Source of the DNA: a virus | Length of the DNA: 64,000 bases | Virus record (IMG/VR): IMGVR_UViG_3300028196_000009 | Reading direction: 5' to 3' (one strand) | Part shown: positions 57,868 through 64,000 of the stretch, piece by piece | Layout: each line of letters begins with the position of its first letter | Numbering within the stretch: position 1 is the first letter of the stretch | Program-made: the position numbers and the translations under genes | Notes under the pieces: generated by a model | Database searches by the model: none | Told to the model about the DNA's origin: nothing | The model's input: only the letters and a program-made list of their open reading frames with translations

Positions 57868-58894
57868 CTTGTTCAATTATTATATTATAGCTTGTCTCAC
57901 CGTTGAGGTCTAGTTGTACTGATTGGACAACGCTACGGATTATTGTAATCTTTTCTGCGTCACCAAATGTTAAAATCTGTGTTGAAGGGTCTTGCCCAAA
58001 TAATGTTCCCTGTATGTCAAACTCTGAGAAAGCTTGTGCACCTCTTGATTCTTTTATTGCGAGTGCATCTAGTTCTTCGATAACTTCTAGTAAGTCTTCG
58101 AGAAAGTTTACATCTAAGTAATCTATGTCTAGTTCGTTAAAAGATAAGTCTTCTTCTAAATAATCTATATCGAGCCCATCGTAAGCGAGGTAATCGACGT
58201 CAAGAATATTATCGTTAGAGTCATCATTTCCAACTTCTCCTGCAGTTTCTTCTTCATCTTTTTTAGGTGGGCTCACAATGAGCATGTTGTTTATGATGTC
58301 AAGTGTTAAATCTAATATCATCGGAGTAGTTGGTGTACTCTCCCACATACTAGTCACTGTCGATTCATATGGTTTATTAAGTATGACCTCTCCCATGGCT
58401 GTTGCAACTACAATCTCGCCACTTGGAAGTCCCATATCGTCAGGAAGTAGAATTACTAGACTTCTTCCTAGTTCATCTACTGTGACTGTAAAATCTGTGC
58501 CACGAATGGCTATTTGCGATGTTGGTGTTTCAATCTTAATATTATTCTTATTAATCTTTCCAATACCGCCAGTAATAAAACGAGCTGTGCCACTCGCAAA
58601 CTTCATTGACATCTGCGACTTGTTAGGGTCGGGGTCAAAAATTACTTTGTCTATTATAAGTTTACTATGTTCTGTAAGTCGGACTTTACTATCGTCTATG
58701 AATGTGATACCTATTCGCCCATTAGCTGTACGCACATCATCCATTTGCTCAATGTCAAATCCTAAGTCCGTGTCGTAGGGTTGGTCTCGAAGGACTTGCC
58801 CTACTCCACGTAGTTCTGTAATGCTTCCTATATCAGCATGAAGTGGTAGTACCACCATCATTCTGAATAACACAAATATTGCTATTAGACGCAT
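57794..58894 (-). CDS. FecR-domain exported protein with acidic linker and curlin-like C-terminus
   Basis: Signal peptide; DDVRTANGRIGITFIDDSKVRL.EHS..TPTSQIAIRGTDF (FecR). Confidence 0.85.
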   Translation of the reverse strand: MRLIAIFVLFRMMVVLPLHADIGSITELRGVGQVLRDQPYDTDLGFDIEQMDDVRTANGRIGITFIDDSKVRLTEHSKLIIDKVIFDPDPNKSQMSMKFASGTARFITGGIGKINKNNIKIETPTSQIAIRGTDFTVTVDELGRSLVILLPDDMGLPSGEIVVATAMGEVILNKPYESTVTSMWESTPTTPMILDLTLDIINNMLIVSPPKKDEEETAGEVGNDDSNDNILDVDYLAYDGLDIDYLEEDLSFNELDIDYLDVNFLEDLLEVIEELDALAIKESRGAQAFSEFDIQGTLFGQDPSTQILTFGDAEKITIIRSVVQSVQLDLNGETSYNIIIEQDGKSYNIILNSGDNSSIRIRQSSG

Positions 58895-59549
58895 TAGTTT
58901 CAATTTTCAACCAGTCGGCTGCTAAAGTAGACTGCTGTTTAATAACTGCAGTATTATTACTTCCCTCTAAGTCGAGGTAGAAGTATTTAGCATCGCTTGA
59001 ACTAGCTCCATATCCAGATTGGATAAAAGTTAAGTCATTGCTGTCTCCTAGAATGTCCATATACATAGTAGCGTAATCCACATCTATGTCTACTTCTGCA
59101 TCATTACTATCGCCATCGATAATCCAATCAATGTCTAAGTAACTTGCTCCAGAAATCTCAGCAATATCCATATCTGCAATGTTGAATGAACCTGTGACAT
59201 CAATATTTATATCATTGCTGTCTGCTGTGTTTAGCCCGGTTGTGTCCATGCTAAAGTCCCATTCATTCGAGTCTCCATCATATTCAAAGAAGCCCGTAAA
59301 GTTATCACCAAATATTCCATCGGTTAAAAACTTATTGGAGCTTCCTATTTGATTGATGTCGAGTGTCATTGATAAACCATTTAGGACTGCTGCTGTCATT
59401 GTACCTGCAATTGCATCGTCACCTCCAATTATATTAGAGCCTCCGAGTTGTTCCAAGTCTATACTAGCATTGTTCCCTGTCTGGTCTATATAGATTTCGT
59501 TGTCTGCGAACAGACCAACTGATAAAAACAAGGCTATTAATATCCTCAT
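58833..59549 (-). CDS. Curlin-like acidic beta-repeat secreted protein
   Basis: Signal peptide MRILIALFLSVGLFA; repeated x-[QD]-x-G-x-[SN]-N units; GGGAGA RBS before ATG 59549. Confidence 0.7.
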   Translation of the reverse strand: MRILIALFLSVGLFADNEIYIDQTGNNASIDLEQLGGSNIIGGDDAIAGTMTAAVLNGLSMTLDINQIGSSNKFLTDGIFGDNFTGFFEYDGDSNEWDFSMDTTGLNTADSNDINIDVTGSFNIADMDIAEISGASYLDIDWIIDGDSNDAEVDIDVDYATMYMDILGDSNDLTFIQSGYGASSSDAKYFYLDLEGSNNTAVIKQQSTLAADWLKIETNASNSNICVIQNDGGTTTSC

Positions 59550-59550
59550 T

Positions 59551-60399
59551 TTAGTCTCCCAAATAGTACTTCCAGTACCCTTTCTCCTGTCCATTTTGTA
59601 CAAGCTCAACTACTGAAGTTTCAATAGCTGCCTGTAATGCAATAAACTTAGGTTCGTTCATAGAGTTTCCACTCTCAACCTCAATTAAGTCATTGTCAGT
59701 AGAGAAACGAAAGAAATCGTTACTCACTCCCACGGAGAGGATTGCTTTTGAAGTAAGGATGTCCAATAAGATTTCTCCTGTACTCACAGAAACCAACCTC
59801 ATTGATACCACCACAGTATCCTCACGATATTGCTTGGAAGTTCCTATACCTAAATAGCGGGCTCCAGCACCCCCGGTTAATACGTTTGTATTGTAATCTA
59901 CAATACCCCCTTCAATGATGACTCCAGCATACAGCAGTGGTAACTGTTTATCTTTCTCATCAAACCTTTCACGAGTAGAACGAATCAACTGACGCTCTTT
60001 TGTTAAATGGTCTAGTCCTTTTCTTTCTACTACTTTGAAGAATCCACTAGATTTCAACGCACGTATTAAATAAGCTTCTGGAGCTTGTGTCATAGCGGAC
60101 GAGAAATCTGCGATTCCGTCTCTTGATTTTCTTTGACCTGTTAAGTCTTCAAATTTGTAAATAGCAACAACGGGCGTTCTTGCTGGTAGTGGTAATTGGG
60201 TAATTTCTTTTGTAACTGGTTTTTCGAGTACAGCGGCTCCTGAGAAACACTCTGCTTTCTGTATGATATCAACAAGATATTCGTAGTCCCCATCGGGGTT
60301 GCTCATGCACGGTGATATGTAACCACTGTGCGTTGCACAACTAGAAACCAAAGTCGCCAATAGGGATAGTAATAGTAGTTGTCTCACCTGTGCTCTCAT
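59551..60399 (-). CDS. csgG: Curli secretion outer-membrane lipoprotein CsgG
   Basis: Lipobox LVSSC; F.DLTGQRK, FKVVERKGLDHLTKERQLIR, GGAGARYLGIG..QYREDTV. Confidence 0.93.
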   Translation of the reverse strand: MRAQVRQLLLLSLLATLVSSCATHSGYISPCMSNPDGDYEYLVDIIQKAECFSGAAVLEKPVTKEITQLPLPARTPVVAIYKFEDLTGQRKSRDGIADFSSAMTQAPEAYLIRALKSSGFFKVVERKGLDHLTKERQLIRSTRERFDEKDKQLPLLYAGVIIEGGIVDYNTNVLTGGAGARYLGIGTSKQYREDTVVVSMRLVSVSTGEILLDILTSKAILSVGVSNDFFRFSTDNDLIEVESGNSMNEPKFIALQAAIETSVVELVQNGQEKGYWKYYLGD

Positions 60400-60895
60400 T
60401 AAATATGGTCATTGTAATTGTAACTCCATCTGTTGTCCAAGTAATCAGATTGTCATACAATTGAAATGAGCCTTCCTCTGCAGGGTTCTCTCCAAACAAA
60501 CTATCTACTAGTTGTCGGGATAACTGTGCATATACTCTACTTTCAAAGTTCTTTATAAATCTTGCGAGAGTTGTATTATCTGCTTCTCTCTTTGCTGCGT
60601 CAGCCAAGGCTTTTATTTCTGCCTTTACTGCGTCCTTTTTTGTTTGTTCTTGTGAGTCAATCGTCAAGTAATGGGAAGATGTTCCACTGCCTGAAAATGA
60701 TGGACTCTTAAATCCGAACTTGATTTCATCTGCTGTAAGTTCCAGAATTAAGATAGGCACAATAATAAGATACCACCAATGAATAGTTCTCTCTACTTTC
60801 GTAGGTTTATTAAAGATAGCATCGTAGTTGTCACGGTAGTTATCCGTGTTCTTCTTACTTATTAATTTGTCGCCCGTTATGTCGTTTTTTGTCAT
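60341..60895 (-). CDS. csgF: Curli assembly protein CsgF-like
   Basis: Mature N-terminus DEIKFGFKSPSFSG..HYL; RFIKNFESRVYAQLSRQL; adjacent to csgG. Confidence 0.75.
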   Translation of the reverse strand: MTKNDITGDKLISKKNTDNYRDNYDAIFNKPTKVERTIHWWYLIIVPILILELTADEIKFGFKSPSFSGSGTSSHYLTIDSQEQTKKDAVKAEIKALADAAKREADNTTLARFIKNFESRVYAQLSRQLVDSLFGENPAEEGSFQLYDNLITWTTDGVTITMTIFNESTGETTTITIPIGDFGF

Positions 60896-61124
60896 TTTCT
60901 TTCATCTGTAAAACAGTGTTTACCTTTTGCTGTAAACGAATCATATCGTTATCGAGCATTCTTATCTGATCAATTAACTTTATCAAAGTCATGTGCATTT
61001 CCTTTACTGTTGGATTGATTACCTTTGTTATCTGAATCCATACGAAGTATACGAAATATCCCAAACCGACCATAGCGACAATTGGAAATCCAAATTGTTG
61101 AATTGCATCAATCACGCCTGACAT
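60855..61124 (-). CDS. YvrJ-like single-TM coiled-coil protein
   Basis: IQQFGFPIVA TM; LDNDMIRL. Confidence 0.55.
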   Translation of the reverse strand: MSGVIDAIQQFGFPIVAMVGLGYFVYFVWIQITKVINPTVKEMHMTLIKLIDQIRMLDNDMIRLQQKVNTVLQMKENDKKRHNGRQINK

Positions 61125-61401
61125 CTATTGTTCCATCCTCCACAAAGTTTTCTGCCCTTGCTATTCTATCTAAATCAGGTGTAAGGTCCAGGGCAGACGA
61201 TACACTTGTGTCTAATTTTATCATGTCATTATTTATAGTCTTGACTCTCGTAATAAGACTGGTCGTAAACATTTTTAGAGTATTTATTTGACCTACCACG
61301 CCATCCATAATTTGTCGCATAATGAGAAATATAAAACCTCCCATAACTACTGCAGCTGCAATGGGTGCTCCAACTTTTGCTATTAAGTCGAAAATATCCA
61401 T
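61108..61401 (-). CDS. Single-TM coiled-coil protein (paralog of the downstream gene)
   Basis: IAKVGAPIAAA TM; INNDMIKL; start moved to ATG 61401. Confidence 0.55.
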   Translation of the reverse strand: MDIFDLIAKVGAPIAAAVVMGGFIFLIMRQIMDGVVGQINTLKMFTTSLITRVKTINNDMIKLDTSVSSALDLTPDLDRIARAENFVEDGTIDVRRD

Positions 61402-61559
61402 TGGTTTACCTGAAAACCTCCTAACATACAGAAAAACACTGAAGCTTGAATAATGCTTGCATAAGTTATCTGACGCATGGGGTGAATTTGTGTAAGTTTT
61501 TCGATCCATGACTCGCTGGGGCTTAGGTTAACTGCTTGTAATACTTTCTTAGAATCCAA
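61383..61559 (-). CDS. Small membrane protein
   Basis: TTG start with GGAG RBS; VNLSPSESW..HPMRQITYASIIQ plus TM. Confidence 0.5.
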   Translation of the reverse strand: MDSKKVLQAVNLSPSESWIEKLTQIHPMRQITYASIIQASVFFCMLGGFQVNQWIFST

Positions 61560-61866
61560 CGCTTTCTCCACACCCACATCTGTAGGTTTCCTTTGGATTA
61601 ACAAATACAAAACCTTCGTTTAATCCTTCTATTTTATAGTCTAGTGTGAGACCTTCTATATAGGGTGCTGAATCAGGGGATATGCGAAACGCTATACGCC
61701 CCCAATCCAGTACCAAATCACTTGAATAAGTTTCACTACAATAATCAAAACTATACTCCATACCACCGCAGCCGCCCCCAGTAAGACCAAGTCTAAATAC
61801 ATGGTTCTCCTGGTGTGCCGCTTTCTGTACAAGTCTAGTATACGCTTCATGAGTGACTTCAATCAT
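61549..61866 (-). CDS. iscA: A-type Fe-S carrier (IscA/ErpA/HesB family)
   Basis: GGGCGGMEY, LDY..GF.F.NP, CGCGES. Confidence 0.92.
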   Translation of the reverse strand: MIEVTHEAYTRLVQKAAHQENHVFRLGLTGGGCGGMEYSFDYCSETYSSDLVLDWGRIAFRISPDSAPYIEGLTLDYKIEGLNEGFVFVNPKETYRCGCGESVGF

Positions 61867-61869
61867 TTC

Positions 61870-61947
61870 CTAAAGGACTTCTCGCCATACGTTTTGTATT
61901 CTGCTAGATTTCATTAGTTTGTGAATATTTTTCATTATTAGTCTCAT
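61870..61947 (-). CDS. 25-aa peptide overlapping the iscU 3' end (not in ORF track)
   Basis: AAGGAGA RBS; MRLIMKNIHKLMKSSRIQNVWREVL. Confidence 0.4.
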   Translation of the reverse strand: MRLIMKNIHKLMKSSRIQNVWREVL

Positions 61948-62341
61948 TTTTCTCCTTCCAGTTTTGGATTGCTTGTTTTATAGAATCCTCAGCTAGTACG
62001 GAGCAGTGCAATTTAATCGGAGGCAATTCTAGTGCTTCCGCTATATCTCTGTCTTTTATTTCTTTTGCTTGTGTTATTGTTTTACCCTTAAGCAACTCTA
62101 CAAATAATGTAGAAGATGCGATAGCACTACCGCATCCATAAGTCTTAAATCGGACATCCTGTATAACATCTGTATCAGGGTCGATTTTTAAGTCTAATTT
62201 CATTACATCTCCACAGGCGGGTGCTCCAGTCATTCCTGTAGCTACTGTGGGATCTTTAGGATCAAAACGTCCAACGCTAAATTGTTTAGGACTATTAAGT
62301 ACTTCGTAGAATCGGTCTGTGACCTTTTTACTGTACGCCAA
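61904..62341 (-). CDS. iscU: Fe-S cluster scaffold IscU
   Basis: (M)AYSKKV from TTG 62341; GAPACGDVM, FKTYGCGSAIASS, LPPIKLHCSVLAED. Confidence 0.95.
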   Translation of the reverse strand: MAYSKKVTDRFYEVLNSPKQFSVGRFDPKDPTVATGMTGAPACGDVMKLDLKIDPDTDVIQDVRFKTYGCGSAIASSTLFVELLKGKTITQAKEIKDRDIAEALELPPIKLHCSVLAEDSIKQAIQNWKEKNETNNEKYSQTNEI

Positions 62342-62522
62342 CTGTTTTGATTCCAAAGACATAGTTTTCGGCTGCATTTTCTGCAAACGACTCGCTATGT
62401 CCTGTATATAACTCCTCTGCTATCTTAGTATCATTTTCAAAAAACGTGGCACCATAGTGTCCGTCTTTCTTGAAAGTCTCTGCCCTAAGGTTATCCTTAG
62501 TAAAGCTAGATAAATGTATCAT
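62328..62522 (-). CDS. Small conserved phage protein
   Basis: HSESFAENAAENYVFG motif. Confidence 0.55.
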   Translation of the reverse strand: MIHLSSFTKDNLRAETFKKDGHYGATFFENDTKIAEELYTGHSESFAENAAENYVFGIKTVGVQ

Positions 62523-62989
62523 TGTGGCCCCTCCTTTAAAAGTTTTTCCATTAATTTTCCATAATTACCCTGTCCAAAAGGTAGTTCTGAATTTATCTGT
62601 ACATTAGTTTGATTTTTGATATTAGAAGCTTTCGCTTTCTCTAGGTCTGCCATGGCTTTGATTTCATCCATGCGCATCTTGTGAGCCATACCTAGTAAGT
62701 CTGCTATATCTTTATTAGTATAAATTTGAGATTCGTCTGCTTCGTCGAGCTTCTTCTCTATGATGTCGTCTAGTGTACTTGCTAGCTTAAATCTATTTCT
62801 GTAGCCTGTATCTAAGTACACTTGGTCTACGTATGCCTTTATTTCTCGCTTCCCTAGATATTCCTGAATAGTATTCTCATCTAGTTTGAGGCGTATGCAC
62901 ACGGCCTGAATGTTGCCTAACTCTAAGTAGGCATTTGCTATTTCTAGTCCTTCTGGACTCATTTTTGTTGCAATTTCATTCTTTTTCAT
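62519..62989 (-). CDS. terS: Terminase small subunit (T5-like)
   Basis: MSPEGL..AYL, GYRNR..LDDIIEKKLDE, DIADLL.MAHKMRMDE.K resemble T5 TerS. Confidence 0.85.
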   Translation of the reverse strand: MKKNEIATKMSPEGLEIANAYLELGNIQAVCIRLKLDENTIQEYLGKREIKAYVDQVYLDTGYRNRFKLASTLDDIIEKKLDEADESQIYTNKDIADLLGMAHKMRMDEIKAMADLEKAKASNIKNQTNVQINSELPFGQGNYGKLMEKLLKEGPQ

Positions 62990-62995
62990 ACTTGA

Positions 62996-63034
62996 ATTAT
63001 ATCAAAAAATATATCGTGTGTCAAGAACTATTTT
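62996..63034 (-). promoter_or_regulatory. Sigma70-type promoter with AAAATAGTTC element; predicted leaderless terS mRNA
   Basis: TTGACA-N17-TATAAT, then 6 nt, then ATG; no RBS. Confidence 0.85.
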
Positions 63035-63123
63035 CGTATGCATCGTCACGATGCTAATCTTTGCGTCTTTTTATAATTATGAAATTTTTTAAAAGTCGTA
63101 CATACGGGGGAGTAAAATACACA

Positions 63124-63151
63124 GGGGGTGGACGTAGTCCACTAACCCCCC
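63124..63151 (-). terminator. GC-rich hairpin ending the leftward small-gene operon
   Basis: GGGGGG-TTA-GTGGAC-TAC-GTCCAC-CCCC followed by TGTGTATTTT, just after the 63160 stop. Confidence 0.6.
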
Positions 63152-63159
63152 CTATATGC

Positions 63160-63315
63160 TTAGGCTAACGCGACAGCTAAAGAGCCGACCATAACCAAAA
63201 TGCTAAGACCTAATAAAAAGAATACTATCATTTCGTTTTCATTTAGGTAATTAATCACTCTTTGTTTTTGCCTTAAAAACTTTTCGTGATTTCGTTGTTG
63301 TCGTGGCGTCCTCAT
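63160..63315 (-). CDS. 51-aa membrane peptide (not in ORF track)
   Basis: Basic N-terminus plus C-terminal TM; ATGA-coupled to the upstream ORF. Confidence 0.5.
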   Translation of the reverse strand: MRTPRQQRNHEKFLRQKQRVINYLNENEMIVFFLLGLSILVMVGSLAVALA

Positions 63316-63386
63316 GATTGCAACGCTACCCATATTGCAACTGCTAAGATTAATGCACTTGCTGTTAATACTATTACTGATTCCAT
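63312..63386 (-). CDS. 24-aa hydrophobic peptide (not in ORF track)
   Basis: MESVIVLTASALILAVAIWVALQS; GGGAG RBS; coupled on both sides. Confidence 0.45.
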   Translation of the reverse strand: MESVIVLTASALILAVAIWVALQS

Positions 63387-63523
63387 TATTTTTGCTCCCA
63401 TGTTATAAGGATATTAAATCCTTTATTTCTATATGCCCATGCTCTATTTTGAATCCATGCCATTTTTCCTTTCAGAACTACAACCCCTGGATTTGTATCA
63501 CTTGTTATTGTTAATGTTGCCAT
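63386..63523 (-). CDS. 45-aa hypothetical protein (not in ORF track)
   Basis: AAGGAG RBS; TAATG-coupled. Confidence 0.5.
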   Translation of the reverse strand: MATLTITSDTNPGVVVLKGKMAWIQNRAWAYRNKGFNILITWEQK

Positions 63524-63669
63524 TATTTTACTCCTTTTAATTTAAGATTTAATCTGTGAATTCTACTAGATATATTCATATACATTTTTGAACCTACCTT
63601 GACATTTTTTCTTGCACGTTCCCATGCATTGATTTTCTTGATTAATTCTTGTTTGTTTTTCGTTTTCAT
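63523..63669 (-). CDS. 48-aa basic protein, predicted leaderless
   Basis: ATG 63669 lies 7 nt after a TATAAT box. Confidence 0.55.
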   Translation of the reverse strand: MKTKNKQELIKKINAWERARKNVKVGSKMYMNISSRIHRLNLKLKGVK

Positions 63670-63675
63670 AATTAT

Positions 63676-63704
63676 ATTATATGCTCCTGTATTTAAAATT
63701 GCAA
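63676..63704 (-). promoter_or_regulatory. Sigma70-type promoter
   Basis: TTGCAA-N17-TATAAT. Confidence 0.7.
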
Positions 63705-63735
63705 GGATTATTTTCTTTTTTTTCTTGACTAACAC

Positions 63736-63766
63736 GCCTCATAATTTATAAGATAAATTATGAGGC
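63736..63766. repeat. Perfect 14-bp inverted repeat overlapping promoter-like boxes
   Basis: GCCTCATAATTTAT-AAG-ATAAATTATGAGGC; the right arm contains the CATAAT -10 of a TTGACA-N17 promoter (63757-63785, - strand). Confidence 0.75.
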
Positions 63767-63960
63767 ATGGACGCTGTTTTGTCAACCCCTTTTCAGCATT
63801 TATTTTCGACAATTTCCTACCACGATTTCAGGGAAAAGTCAAGCGAAATCGTATCTAATTTCTATACATAATTACTCTGGAACATTCAACGATTGTTGTT
63901 GATAAACATTCTCTATTTGTTATACTAAATACATCAACAACATTTAACAAAGGAGAAAAT

Positions 63961-64000
63961 ATGTCATTGATAAATAAAAAAGAAACTAAGGTTAAATATT
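63961..64000 (+). CDS. 5' end of a rightward gene (truncated)
   Basis: AAGGAG RBS; extended -10 TGT-TATACT at 63918-63926. Confidence 0.55.
   Translation, partial: MSLINKKETKVKY

Noticed and set aside
1-64000. tRNA/rRNA genes, integrase/prophage context, stop-codon reassignment
   Set aside because: No T-loop/cloverleaf or rRNA signatures noticed by eye (tRNAscan not run); no integrase or host genes; core genes are full length in the standard code, and TAA, TAG and TGA all act as stops

Overview
About 64 kb of an AT-rich lytic T5-like (Demerecviridae-like) siphophage. The host is probably a marine Gram-negative proteobacterium (inferred from sigma70 promoters, the CsgG lipoprotein and Isc-type IscU). 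The + strand (1-11976) holds the end of the T5-type replication/recombination block (D10 helicase, D11, D12/D13 SbcD/SbcC, glutaredoxin, D14, D15 flap endonuclease), class Ia nrdAB and three glycosyltransferase (GT)-like genes. The - strand (62989 down to 11962) is the late arm: terS; a ~12.5-kb accessory island (IscU and an A-type Fe-S carrier, a csgF-csgG-curlin-FecR-CHASE2 adenylate cyclase operon, methyltransferase, dioxygenases, many small basic proteins); terL; nicking endonuclease; portal; fused protease-major capsid gene; T5-type neck/tail tube; tape measure; a lambda-type M-L-K-I-J tail tip whose J carries a 131-triplet collagen extension; fibre genes; and two more GT-like genes. Small genes with strong promoters beyond 63050 resemble the start of a pre-early/terminal-repeat region. 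The main finding is the 1525-aa Thr-rich protein (13939-18516), which is self-complementary like an RNA hairpin. Repeat block sizes and copy numbers mirror about a central aromatic loop, and aromatic residues in one arm face Arg/Gln/Lys in the other in a fixed register over ~700 residues per arm. This implies a giant fold-back beta-zipper fibre, and it is encoded beside a five-gene GT cluster. Family names come from motif recognition only; no database searches were run. No tRNA, rRNA, CRISPR array or integrase was seen.
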